Notes: generated by a model not told the origin, from the letters alone. A stretch of DNA of 35,521 nucleotides from Fibrobacteria bacterium (GCA_043732185.1 JAYTHY010000047.1:1-35521); one strand, 5' to 3'. Shown: positions 7,927 through 17,511, numbered from the stretch's first letter. Numbers and translations: made by a program.

Positions 7927-8868
7927 TTAACCTTGGGGACGAACCGAAAACCGCTCCGAAAATACCTCCCAGTTCCAATCACAGCCATTCAGTGCCGCTA
8001 CCAGCTCATTTCCCGCCCAATGTCGCAGTCCCGGCAATTGGTGCCCAAAGAAAGTGATTTGACGCTTGGCATAGTTGCGTGTCTGTTTTTGGATGTACTG
8101 CTTGGCCTCGGCCAACCCCATTTTGCCTGATACGACAGCCGCCAACTCCCCATAGCCTAAGGAACTGAATGCGGGCAGGTTTTTCCAATCAGGCATGTAC
8201 ATTAAGCCTTTGACTTCCTCCAGCCATCCAGATTGCAGCATGGCTTCTACGCGCTGATCGATGCGCAAATAAAGTTCGGGACGATCCACATCCAGACAGA
8301 GCAAAGGCACATTCGCAAATCGCTCGTCCAATATTTTCGGACCGGTAAGCAGGCTGTAGCTCTCCCCCGTGATGAGAAAGTTTTCCCAGCGTTTGGCGAT
8401 GCGGTACCCGTCATTCGGATGCAGGCCGGCGGCGCCAGTCGGATCAATACGGAGCAACTCCGAATACATATGCGGCAAACCCAAAGTCGCGATTTTTTCT
8501 TGCACATCCTGTTTGATAGCATCGGGAGTAGGGCCGCGATCAAATGGGGATGGAAATATGAGTTCTTTGAGGTAAAGACCAGTTCCGCCGACGATAAGAA
8601 ATTGGGTATTGGGATGGGCTGTAACCAGGGCATGTACGTGCGCGGGATAGGCTCGAGGTGAAAAAGATGCGGACGGGTCCACAAAACCGATGAGATGGTG
8701 TGGAACAGTTTTGTCGGCCTGACTTGGGGCATTGGTGCCGATTTCAAAACCACGGTAGATTTGCCTGGAGTCGGCGGAAATGATTTCAAAGCCGTTGGTG
8801 CGTGCAAGCTTTAGCGCCAGAGCCGATTTTCCGGAGGCGGTGGCTCCGCAAAGTACGCCAGCAATCAT
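7927..8868 (-). CDS. miaA: tRNA (adenosine(37)-N6)-dimethylallyltransferase
   Basis: GATASGKS P-loop, EIISADSRQIY, VPHHLIG, VGGTGLY, TRNYAKRQITFF. Start reset to ATG 8868 (MIAGVLCG). Confidence 0.95.
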   Translation of the reverse strand: MIAGVLCGATASGKSALALKLARTNGFEIISADSRQIYRGFEIGTNAPSQADKTVPHHLIGFVDPSASFSPRAYPAHVHALVTAHPNTQFLIVGGTGLYLKELIFPSPFDRGPTPDAIKQDVQEKIATLGLPHMYSELLRIDPTGAAGLHPNDGYRIAKRWENFLITGESYSLLTGPKILDERFANVPLLCLDVDRPELYLRIDQRVEAMLQSGWLEEVKGLMYMPDWKNLPAFSSLGYGELAAVVSGKMGLAEAKQYIQKQTRNYAKRQITFFGHQLPGLRHWAGNELVAALNGCDWNWEVFSERFSVRPQG

Positions 8869-8919
8869 GCCATAATGATAGTACAACCACGGGAAAATTC
8901 TATCTTGGCCACACCTGCG

Positions 8920-10221
8920 ATGGGCATCATCCGCAAAATCCTTATCTTTCTGGTTCTGACTGCGGGCATCATCATGCTCGGCCGTTTGGCCCCGCGTATT
9001 CTGCCGGCCCGAGATTTGAATTCCCACCCGTTGGCTACGGCTCCGGGTCCGGATGCGACACCAGCTACGCCGGAAAACTCACGCACCGATTCCACCAATG
9101 CCCTTCCAGCCGTAGTCGAAGATACGACAGGTGGAAAGTGGCAGCAAAAACTTTTCACACCGCTACTGCGCAGTTATCACTTGCCCGAAAAACATATTAA
9201 ACCGAAGCAGGGTTATTTTGAGATCGTCTTGCCAAAAGGGCGGCCTATCCACGACTATGCTTTGGATATCGAAAACTTGTGTCGGAAAAATGGAATCGTG
9301 GTGGAGCATGGTGTGGAACTGCATCCCACCGGAAAAAAAATTGAATACCTGCTGCAATCGAATGGACAACACATTAAACTGCGGGCCAGTCTGGGAACCG
9401 CCTCCTTGGCCGGTTCGGCAAAATTGGCCATTGTCTTCATCGAAATCGATTCGTTAAAAGAAAAGGACCTGGCCGGGTTGGAGTCGGCCAATTGGGACAA
9501 GTCCCTATCCGTCAATGCCTTCTCTCCAAATGAAGTATTAAAGAAGCTGCGGTACACGTCGGCACGCAATGAAATCTTACTTGAGCTGCCTATGGAACCC
9601 TCTTCCTATCCCTTTGTCGATCCGGGCAAGCACGCTTTATTCATCCATCATACCAAGGCTGAAGTCAGCAAAATTTTGTCGGAAGGATTGGACAGTCTGC
9701 CTAAAGCACTTGGCTTTGTCACCAAGTACGGCGATCGCGCTATTGAAAATCTTCCCCTGCTGGATAAATTGTTCCAATACACGGCTGGCAAAAACCTGGT
9801 CTTTTTGGATTTGACCAACTCGCCGCGCAGTCTTGCCCGCCAATCCGCCGCCGCACAGGGAGCACGCGAGCGCAGCTTGCTTCCCTTTAGAGACAGCCTG
9901 CATGTCGATGAGGAACTGGCGCGCAAAGCCATGCAAGCGGAAAAGACGGGAGAAGCCGTGCTCGTTCTGCCCTATACCCAATCCGGATTTCTAGGCCTGG
10001 AAAAGGCTTTGGCTGCAAATGCCGTCTCCTATGCAGAACTCGGTTTAGAGCTGGTGACTTTTTCCAATTTGCTCGCAGCGCCCGGCGACAGTGTCCTGCC
10101 CAATGTCTCAGCACCCATCGCCAAACCCAAGGCTATACCGAATCTTGTCCCTGGTGTAAAACCTGTCGTAAAACCAAAACCCAAAGGAAAGTTAAAAGGA
10201 GCCAAGGAAAAGAGCCGATGA
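8920..10221 (+). CDS. Membrane-anchored divergent polysaccharide deacetylase (YibQ-like) family protein with degenerate active-site motifs
   Basis: N-terminal TM/signal segment (KILIFLVLTAGIIML); ELPMEP..YP..DPG, LVFLD and LELVTFSNL resemble the divergent deacetylase fold; Lys/Pro-rich tail. Start 8920 preferred over 8875. Confidence 0.7.
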   Translation: MGIIRKILIFLVLTAGIIMLGRLAPRILPARDLNSHPLATAPGPDATPATPENSRTDSTNALPAVVEDTTGGKWQQKLFTPLLRSYHLPEKHIKPKQGYFEIVLPKGRPIHDYALDIENLCRKNGIVVEHGVELHPTGKKIEYLLQSNGQHIKLRASLGTASLAGSAKLAIVFIEIDSLKEKDLAGLESANWDKSLSVNAFSPNEVLKKLRYTSARNEILLELPMEPSSYPFVDPGKHALFIHHTKAEVSKILSEGLDSLPKALGFVTKYGDRAIENLPLLDKLFQYTAGKNLVFLDLTNSPRSLARQSAAAQGARERSLLPFRDSLHVDEELARKAMQAEKTGEAVLVLPYTQSGFLGLEKALAANAVSYAELGLELVTFSNLLAAPGDSVLPNVSAPIAKPKAIPNLVPGVKPVVKPKPKGKLKGAKEKSR

Positions 10222-10286
10222 AAATCAGAGCGCATAAAGCTATTTATTGAGACATCGAATGTCGGAACTCTGGAAACGAGGAAGTT

Positions 10287-11024
10287 ATGGCTAAGTTAGG
10301 CGTCAATATCGATCATGTCGCAACCATTCGGGAAGCCCGAAAGGTACGGGAACCGGATCCGGTCGCCGCAGCCACGCTGTGCGAGCTTGCTGGGGCCCAT
10401 GGTATCACCGTGCATTTGCGCGAGGATCGTCGCCATATGCAAGAACGCGACATCCGTTTGCTGCGCCAAACCGTGACCACGCATCTCAATTTGGAAATGG
10501 CTACTACTCCGGAAATGTTGCAATTCGCCATCGATGTACTGCCAGATATGGTGACCTTGGTACCGGAAAAGCGCGAAGAATTGACTACCGAAGGGGGTCT
10601 GAATGTAGCCGGACATATCGAGGAAATCACCAAAATTGTGAACTCGCTCCATAAGCACGATGTGCAAGTGTCGCTATTCATCGATCCGGATTTGCATCAG
10701 ATCAAAGCGGCTGTGCGCACGGGTGCGCGCTTTATCGAATTGCATACAGGAACTTATGCCCGCGCCTATGACTTCGGAGAGGGCGATGGGCCCGATTGGC
10801 AGGAAGAGCTTTCGCGTTTAGATAGCATGGCCCAAGTAGCGCAGCGCAGTGATTTAATCGTCAATGCCGGACATGGTTTGAATTATCGCAACGTGACTCC
10901 AGTGGCCGAAATCAAAGGCATCTGGGAACTGAACATCGGTCATTCCATCATTGGAAGAGCTGTGCTGGTGGGCTTCGATCGCGCAGTGCGAGATATGCTG
11001 GAGCTGATTAAAGACAAACGCTGA
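10287..11024 (+). CDS. pdxJ: Pyridoxine 5'-phosphate synthase
   Basis: [63 protein letters not shown]. Confidence 0.98.
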   Translation: MAKLGVNIDHVATIREARKVREPDPVAAATLCELAGAHGITVHLREDRRHMQERDIRLLRQTVTTHLNLEMATTPEMLQFAIDVLPDMVTLVPEKREELTTEGGLNVAGHIEEITKIVNSLHKHDVQVSLFIDPDLHQIKAAVRTGARFIELHTGTYARAYDFGEGDGPDWQEELSRLDSMAQVAQRSDLIVNAGHGLNYRNVTPVAEIKGIWELNIGHSIIGRAVLVGFDRAVRDMLELIKDKR

Positions 11025-11045
11025 TAAAAAGACTCTGACTACATA

Positions 11046-11080
11046 CTGACTCTGAAGGGAAGCTTTCCCCCTTGGGTCAG
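11046..11080. terminator. Hairpin between convergent pdxJ and porin genes
   Basis: CTGACTC/GGGTCAG outer stem and AAGGG/CCCTT inner stem; no strong U-tract. Confidence 0.45.
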
Positions 11081-11081
11081 G

Positions 11082-13259
11082 TCAATTCCAGAGCAACCAC
11101 TCTACTCCAAATCGGAAATTAATACCGGGTGGATGCACACCCAGCTCAGTAGCATAGCGGTCGTGATTCATATTCATGGACCGGAAAAACAGTGTGAAGG
11201 TTTTGATATGCATGGCCGCCTGGAAATCCAGAATCAAGTATTCATCCAATTTGGCAACTCTGGACGTTCCCTGCAAATCCGGTAACCATCCATACCGGGT
11301 CGAGAACCAGTCCCAATCCCACGCCAGATCGAGCTTGAGCTTGCCGTCGACGAGAGCGCGCTTCCAAGCCAAACGGCCCTTAAAAACTCGGGCAGGAACG
11401 GAAAGATCTTCGCGAGCCTCTGCTAGGTGTGCGTCCGTAATAGTGCGATCAAACAAAAAGCGATTGCGCAATTGCAATGTCCAGTTTCCCAAGCCCAAGG
11501 CCACACCCATGTGCCAGGCATCCAAGCGTTGTTCCCCGAAGTTGCGCAGGGCCAGGGCCAAGGAGTCGGGCAAATGGCCTAAAAAAGATCCTGCGGAACT
11601 GGAAGTTCCCGTCGAATCGCCAGTACAGCGTTGCGCTCGCATATTGGTATAGGTGGAATCAAACAAGTCCGCGCAGGCTTGTGGGCCAGGCAGCACACGC
11701 GGAAGCCATGCATCTTGACTACGAAAGAAATCCAAGCCACCGTCAAGGGTTACATGGGGCATGGCCACGGATACGGAACCGCGCCAGCCCATATCCGTGC
11801 GGGGTTGTAAGGCGGGACTGGCATAGCGAAAACGAGCGGAATTGTTGCGATAGAGCATTTCCCATTCCGGATCTTGCGTGCGGGATGAGGCGCCCCCTTC
11901 CACTCCCAGGCCAAAAGGTAAATGCAGATTTGCCGAGGCACCGTAATGCTGTAACCAATAAACCTGGTTGTCCATTCGACTGGAACGCCCCAAACCGGCA
12001 TCAACGGAACCCTCCAACATTCCTAGTGTAGGATGCATTCCCAAAGTCATATCCTGCGCATCCGTCCATCCAGAAGTTTGCGAACGCGAGCCGGTCAATA
12101 CGGGATCCCCATCCCATGTTTCGCTCCGGGTTTCCAGGCGAAGATCCGGGCGACCCCACAAACCAGTACCAGCTATGGATCCGCGCAGTCGGAAAATATC
12201 CGCTTGCAATTGATCGATACCGCTACGCACTGTCAACGAGTCTCCGGAGCGGTATTCAGAGGCCGAAAAAGCGGTGTGGCCGGCCTCCCATTGCGATGTC
12301 CAGTGATGATGGGTCTCCGCATAGAGAACGCCTTCTGAAGTTGTGGACATTCCCCCAGGAACCAACGTTTGCAGAGAATCCACTGCGCCAGGTCGGCTGA
12401 TTCCCGCCACTACAATTGGCCCTTGCGGCAAAACCATGTTGGTGGAATTCTTCAAATGCTCCAAGTAAACTTCCACAACGCGGTTGGTATCCAACCACAC
12501 GCCGATGCGCGGTCGCATGGCCACCGCTTGAATAGCGTGGGAGTGTCCTTCTAAAACCAAAGAGGCACTGTCGCGATCGATGGGCCCGTAAATTTGGCCC
12601 AGGAATCCAAGGCCACCTAGGTAGGGCTGATGCACGTTGAATTGATAGTCGTAGCTTTGCGAATCCGCGGAAGAGGAAAAGTAATCCATGGCCAGATAAA
12701 CCCGGTCCGATAGCATGCGACGCAGCCGCAAATCGAAAACGTTCAAGGTGATGGGCCCACGCTCCCAGTTGAGACGGGTGATAGGCGTGTCCAATGGCGC
12801 CACCGGCGACCAGATTTCTTCTATCGCCTGCGCATCTCCGCCAGAAGTGGTGACTGCAAACTTTTCGAGTGGAGCGAGTCCGCCGTTGAGATAGGGCGAG
12901 TGTTTCCAGGCTGGAAAAAACGGAGAGTGGACGGGAACCGTTTGCCAGTTGGTTAGAGAAAGGGTAAAGGCACGCGTGCCGGGAAAACCAAAATCCATAT
13001 TGGCCAGGTCGCGGCTTGTGCGCCAACATTCCGCAGCGCTTTCTGCACCGGAGGGGCAAGTCTCACCATGCGCCCAGGGGCTTTCTACGGCATAAGTGGG
13101 ACGAATGTGTTTGAGCGAGTCTGGCTTTGCGTGGGTTGTATCCACAGGCTTAGTGTGGGTCGTGTCCGTGGAACCGCCGCTCTGGACGGGACTCCAGAGA
13201 AATAGTGCAAGCGCAAAAGCGCCACTCAATCGGACCAAGGTCCGGAAACCACGGGGCAT
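11082..13259 (-). CDS. Outer-membrane beta-barrel protein (putative porin of the Bacteroidota type)
   Basis: Signal peptide; alternating beta-strand patterns; C-terminus IKTFTLFFRSMN...INFRFGVEWLLWN resembles FCB putative porins. Confidence 0.7.
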   Translation of the reverse strand: MPRGFRTLVRLSGAFALALFLWSPVQSGGSTDTTHTKPVDTTHAKPDSLKHIRPTYAVESPWAHGETCPSGAESAAECWRTSRDLANMDFGFPGTRAFTLSLTNWQTVPVHSPFFPAWKHSPYLNGGLAPLEKFAVTTSGGDAQAIEEIWSPVAPLDTPITRLNWERGPITLNVFDLRLRRMLSDRVYLAMDYFSSSADSQSYDYQFNVHQPYLGGLGFLGQIYGPIDRDSASLVLEGHSHAIQAVAMRPRIGVWLDTNRVVEVYLEHLKNSTNMVLPQGPIVVAGISRPGAVDSLQTLVPGGMSTTSEGVLYAETHHHWTSQWEAGHTAFSASEYRSGDSLTVRSGIDQLQADIFRLRGSIAGTGLWGRPDLRLETRSETWDGDPVLTGSRSQTSGWTDAQDMTLGMHPTLGMLEGSVDAGLGRSSRMDNQVYWLQHYGASANLHLPFGLGVEGGASSRTQDPEWEMLYRNNSARFRYASPALQPRTDMGWRGSVSVAMPHVTLDGGLDFFRSQDAWLPRVLPGPQACADLFDSTYTNMRAQRCTGDSTGTSSSAGSFLGHLPDSLALALRNFGEQRLDAWHMGVALGLGNWTLQLRNRFLFDRTITDAHLAEAREDLSVPARVFKGRLAWKRALVDGKLKLDLAWDWDWFSTRYGWLPDLQGTSRVAKLDEYLILDFQAAMHIKTFTLFFRSMNMNHDRYATELGVHPPGINFRFGVEWLLWN

Positions 13260-13296
13260 AGATGTGTAAAATTAGTTAATTGTTGTGACAGCTTTG

Positions 13297-13626
13297 CTAG
13301 CTGCCGGTAATGATGCGCTTTAGGTCCACCCAGTTGTCGTCAAACTGGACAGCTTTATCGTCAATATACATGTCTGCAAATACTTTGCGCGTCCCCATGT
13401 CCGCACCCATGATGGGGTTGTTGATGGTGTCGAAAGGAATACCGTTCTCTTGTAGGAACGAACGGACATCGCGTTCCTGTTGGCCCGTTCGGCAGGTCCA
13501 GATTATGATTTTATGTCCCGCTTCATGAAAAGCCACCAAGGCCTCTTTGGCGCCTTCCTTGAGTTCACCGATTTTTGGATACCGATGCGAAACTACGGTT
13601 CCATCAAAATCAACTGCGATTATCAC
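13297..13626 (-). CDS. Small capless HAD-superfamily hydrolase/phosphatase (BT0820-like)
   Basis: MIIAVDFDGT motif I, IIWTCR motif II, RKVFADMYIDDK motifs III/IV. Confidence 0.88.
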   Translation of the reverse strand: MIIAVDFDGTVVSHRYPKIGELKEGAKEALVAFHEAGHKIIIWTCRTGQQERDVRSFLQENGIPFDTINNPIMGADMGTRKVFADMYIDDKAVQFDDNWVDLKRIITGS

Positions 13627-13658
13627 TTGGCGTCCTTCTTACCCGAAACACAGTTTTC

Positions 13659-14651
13659 TTACAATTCCAAAATCCATGTGTTTAGAGCATGCTGGAATTC
13701 TACCACCGATTTGGGTCTTTGTTCCAGATCGCGGTGCATGCAGCGCATCAAGAACTCTCGCAACTTCTCACCTTTTTTGAAGGGGATTTCCGGAACTTCC
13801 GGCTCGATCTGAGAAAGCGCCGAAATGCCAAGGTCGTGGTAATTGATGTCTTCCCGGCGGGCAAAGGGGTAAATGCCGGTAAAGGCATAGGCAGCCATGG
13901 CCCCGAGGGAAAAAATATCCGACCGATGATCCACTTTGTAATAATCTCCGTCGAGCTGTTCATAGGACATATGCGATGGTGTACCCAATACTGTGGTTTG
14001 CTGATCGGCAACATCGTCTTTGACATGCATCCAGCGCGCCGCACCCAAATCGCTTAGGAAAGGTTCCCAGCCCTTGACGATGATATTGCTCGGTTTCAAA
14101 TCCATATGGATGATCCCACGAAAATGCAATTCGCCCACCACGCCTGCCACAGCATTGATAAAAATGATTCGGCGCATCAGTTCCTTCACGTCGCGGGGGC
14201 CGCGCTTGATAAGGTCGGAGAAATTGGGGCCGTCCACATAATCCATCATGGTGAAATAATGTTTGTTGTGCAAATTGCCGTAGTCGAAAATCTTGACCAC
14301 GTTGCGCACGTTTTGCGAGGTCAAGTACGTGTTGAAAAAGATTTCCGTCAAAAAGGTTTTGACCACCCGATTGTTCGACATACTATCGGGCGTGCGATAG
14401 AGAGACGGCCTCAAAATCCGCAAGACCACGGTTTGCGGTCCCTTGCCAGGTACGTTAACCGTAGGAACCAAAAAAACATCGCAGAAGCCACCCGAACCCA
14501 ACCATTTGCCAATCTTAAAACCGGGATCATAGGCTTTAAAGTCCGTTTCCACCGATTGTTTGTAGACTTCCAGGTACTCACTGCCCCGCTCGGGGATGTT
14601 GTGCCGGCCTGCTGTCAGCCAGTTGGTAATGGTATCTAGCGAAAATTCCAT
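13659..14651 (-). CDS. Hanks-type Ser/Thr protein kinase-like protein (atypical, soluble)
   Basis: LGSGGFCDV Gly-loop, HMDLKPSNI catalytic loop, SDLG, GTPSHMSYEQ, RSDIFSLG, QRP; the beta3 Lys position reads Arg. Confidence 0.88.
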   Translation of the reverse strand: MEFSLDTITNWLTAGRHNIPERGSEYLEVYKQSVETDFKAYDPGFKIGKWLGSGGFCDVFLVPTVNVPGKGPQTVVLRILRPSLYRTPDSMSNNRVVKTFLTEIFFNTYLTSQNVRNVVKIFDYGNLHNKHYFTMMDYVDGPNFSDLIKRGPRDVKELMRRIIFINAVAGVVGELHFRGIIHMDLKPSNIIVKGWEPFLSDLGAARWMHVKDDVADQQTTVLGTPSHMSYEQLDGDYYKVDHRSDIFSLGAMAAYAFTGIYPFARREDINYHDLGISALSQIEPEVPEIPFKKGEKLREFLMRCMHRDLEQRPKSVVEFQHALNTWILEL

Positions 14652-14818
14652 AGGTCAAATACCTGCAGTTCTCTGAAATGTCCCGATTGCGGTCAAATGA
14701 TAAATGTATTCCGGGTTTGAGTAAAGGGCCTACAGGTAGGATTCCGACCGCAAAACTTGTGGCCTTTCCCACCGTGATTTACCTTAGGGGGTTACAGACT
14801 CGAAATAGGACGAATCAA

Positions 14819-15928
14819 ATGGAAAAACCTCCGGTTGCTGAACAACCCCTGGTGGCCGTGGCCATGAGCGGCGGTGTGGATTCGTCCGTGGCGGCCCTGC
14901 TCATCAAGCAAGCCGGGTATCGAGCTGTGGGCATTACCATGAAATTGTGGAGTCCACCCGTCCCCATTTGCGATGCAGATGGCAAGGAAAAAACCTGTTG
15001 CACTGCGGATAGCGCCATGGACGCCAAACGGGTGTGCGATCAAATCGGCATCCCGCATTTCACATTGGACATGCAAGAAGATTTCGAAGCCAGGGTCATT
15101 CAGCCCTTCTATGAAGCTTACCTGGCCGGAGAAACACCCAACCCCTGCGTCAACTGCAACAGCTTTGTAAAATGGGACGCGCTCTGGAAGCGCGCCAAGT
15201 CCATCGGCGCAAACTCCATCGCCACCGGCCACTTTGCCATGACGGAAAACGTCGGCGGCCGCAGTTATATCCTGCGCGGCAGCGATGCCGCCAAGGACCA
15301 GAGCTATTTTCTCTGGGGCATTCCTCCCGAGACATTGGACAAGACTTTGTTTCCCCTGGCCCATCTGACCAAGCCGGAAGTGCGCAAGATTGCGGCGGAG
15401 GCGGGACTGCGCACGGCTACCAAAAAAGAAAGCATGGACATCTGTTTTGTACCCGATGGCAATTACCGAGACTTTATCGGAGACCGGGCCAAAGTTTTGG
15501 GAGATGCCATTGTGCCCGGGCGCATGCAAGGACCGGAAGGCAAGGATTTAGGTGCCCACCAAGGCTTACCCTTTTATACGATAGGCCAGCGCAAAGGCTT
15601 AGGCGTAGCCGCTGCCGAACCCTTGTATGTGAAAAAACTGGATCGCGAGAGCAACACCTTGTTGCTCGGCAAAAAGACCGAGCTATATGCCAATGGCTTC
15701 CGGGCGGACCGGGCGAATTTCTTTGAGCCTCTCGATGGAGAACTGGAATGTCTGGCGCAATACCGGTATCGATCTGCGGTGAAACCGGCGCGGGTCAAGG
15801 ACGAGGGTAACGGAAATATTACGGTAACCTTGCTGGAACCTGGATACTGCATCAGTCCGGGACAGTCTGTGGTGTTTTACGATGGCCAAAGGCTTTTGGG
15901 TGGGGCTCGGATTCGGGAAGTAATTTAG
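14819..15928 (+). CDS. mnmA: tRNA 2-thiouridine(34) synthase
   Basis: AMSGGVDSSVAA, TPNPCVNCN, IATGH, KDQSYFL, KESMDICF, YTIGQRKG, SPGQSVVFY. Start reset to ATG 14819. Confidence 0.97.
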   Translation: MEKPPVAEQPLVAVAMSGGVDSSVAALLIKQAGYRAVGITMKLWSPPVPICDADGKEKTCCTADSAMDAKRVCDQIGIPHFTLDMQEDFEARVIQPFYEAYLAGETPNPCVNCNSFVKWDALWKRAKSIGANSIATGHFAMTENVGGRSYILRGSDAAKDQSYFLWGIPPETLDKTLFPLAHLTKPEVRKIAAEAGLRTATKKESMDICFVPDGNYRDFIGDRAKVLGDAIVPGRMQGPEGKDLGAHQGLPFYTIGQRKGLGVAAAEPLYVKKLDRESNTLLLGKKTELYANGFRADRANFFEPLDGELECLAQYRYRSAVKPARVKDEGNGNITVTLLEPGYCISPGQSVVFYDGQRLLGGARIREVI

Positions 15929-15954
15929 ATTTTAGATTTTATTTTTTCGCAATT

Positions 15955-17457
15955 CTATCCCTTAACTGCCTGCGCCGATTTCAAACTTTCCCTCTGGTCC
16001 TTTTTGATCTGACGCACCCGCTCCCCTTCCGGACTGCTACGATAATATTCATCCAAAGGGTAACAACCAGATTTGACTCCGTTTCTCGGCGCCGTGGTGC
16101 AATCCGAAAAAGTGCGGCAAATATGCTTGGACTCCAAAACCCCTTTCTCCAACGAATCCGCTATGATGCGTGGGTAGGAGAGCACCATCCGGCCCATGCC
16201 GACCAAATCCGTCCACCCATTGCGCACCAGCGCTTGTGATACCTGTGGCAGAAATTCCTGAAGATAGGAGAGCCCGGAACTGACAAGCGGCATTTCCGGC
16301 ACAGCCGCTTTGAGTTGTCGAACCACTTGTACTTGTCGCTCTACATTGATGATGGGATCTTCCGCGGGTTGATAGCCGTCCGAGGGTGGAAAAAGCGCTG
16401 GCCGCTGAATATGGGGATTGTAGTACGGGGAACCGGCGGAGACATTGACCACGGCCACGCCCCATGACTTAAGCATTTTCAAGTATTGAATCGGTTCCTT
16501 AAGATCGATTTCCACTGGATTATTGCGATGGACACCGAAACCGTATTGGTAAGGGAGGCAATCGGAAAAATCTTCAGGAATGCCTGGGCCCAAGTTGCCG
16601 TTTTTCGCTTCCATGGGATCCGGTTTAAAAGGAACAAAATCGAAAACCGAGAGACGCACACCTAGAATGAGTTTAGGCGCCAGTTGACGAATGCCCTGGA
16701 TAATCTCGCGGGCGAAACGGGTGCGGTTCTCCAGTGCCTCTCCGCCATAGGGGCCTGTGCGTGTGAACGCGGATAGGAATTCATGGCCTAAATAGCCGTG
16801 GCATTGTTTGATATCGACAAATGGGATCCCGGCCTGACTGGCCATAACCGCGGCCTGTATAAATTGTTCGATGAGACGCTGGATTTCTGCATCCGATAGC
16901 AGCGGATAGTTCATGGGCAAATTGAATTTGGAATTCAAGATGGGATGTGCGTAGACGAGTTTGGGCTCCAGCTTCTGCTTGTCATTGGGCCTACAAAATC
17001 GCCCGGAGTGCGTGAGTTGTAAGCCCCAAAGGAGATCCTGTACTGTTCCAAAAGAAGCCTTATGTGTAGCCAGGCATTCCTCGGCTGCGGCGACAATGGC
17101 ATCCATGGTTTCGGGCTGGGCCATCAGCTGATTCGGATTCGCGCGTCCTTCCGGCACAACCGCCACCGCTTCCATGCCCCAAAGAAACTTGGCTCCCGAT
17201 TCTCCAAACCGACGCCATCGACGGATGAGTGATTCCGTGGGCTTGCCATCTGTAGTGGCATCCCAACCTTCCATGGGTTGAATGCAGTACCGATTGCCTA
17301 CGGTGAAACCACCCAGTTCCAGGGGCCTTGCCATGGGCGATTCCGGCGCCTTTAAAAGAGTTTCCTCGATGGGCAGGTCCAAATTCAGGTTGTTCATTCG
17401 CTCACGGAAGGCTTCCGGCGTCTTGAGCGAAGTCAACCTTTTAATGTCAAAATCCAT
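15955..17457 (-). CDS. NADH:flavin oxidoreductase (Old Yellow Enzyme family), atypical active-site motif
   Basis: GNRYCIQPMEG, LQLTHSGR, DIKQCHGYLGHEFLS, RTGPYGG..LENRTRF, DLVGMGR. Confidence 0.88.
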   Translation of the reverse strand: MDFDIKRLTSLKTPEAFRERMNNLNLDLPIEETLLKAPESPMARPLELGGFTVGNRYCIQPMEGWDATTDGKPTESLIRRWRRFGESGAKFLWGMEAVAVVPEGRANPNQLMAQPETMDAIVAAAEECLATHKASFGTVQDLLWGLQLTHSGRFCRPNDKQKLEPKLVYAHPILNSKFNLPMNYPLLSDAEIQRLIEQFIQAAVMASQAGIPFVDIKQCHGYLGHEFLSAFTRTGPYGGEALENRTRFAREIIQGIRQLAPKLILGVRLSVFDFVPFKPDPMEAKNGNLGPGIPEDFSDCLPYQYGFGVHRNNPVEIDLKEPIQYLKMLKSWGVAVVNVSAGSPYYNPHIQRPALFPPSDGYQPAEDPIINVERQVQVVRQLKAAVPEMPLVSSGLSYLQEFLPQVSQALVRNGWTDLVGMGRMVLSYPRIIADSLEKGVLESKHICRTFSDCTTAPRNGVKSGCYPLDEYYRSSPEGERVRQIKKDQRESLKSAQAVKG

Positions 17458-17511
17458 TTTACTCCCAAAGTCTGTTTTTTGGGTAAAATATACTTGTACC
17501 GCAAATACTAT

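Noticed and set aside
7780..8868. Functional link between miaA and the adjacent tRNA
   Set aside because: MiaA modifies tRNAs with A36-A37-A38; tRNA-Ile(GAU) has U36 and is not a substrate. The tRNA also has its own promoter.
8869..9027. N-terminal extension of miaA in the ORF track (similar extensions for mnmA, eda, vapB, vapC, oxyR)
   Set aside because: Extensions overlap neighbouring genes or promoters and precede the conserved family N-termini; downstream ATGs were chosen.
17458..17487. Possible RBS-occluding hairpin upstream of the OYE gene
   Set aside because: The stem is short, AU-rich and bulged; too weak to support without folding or conservation data.
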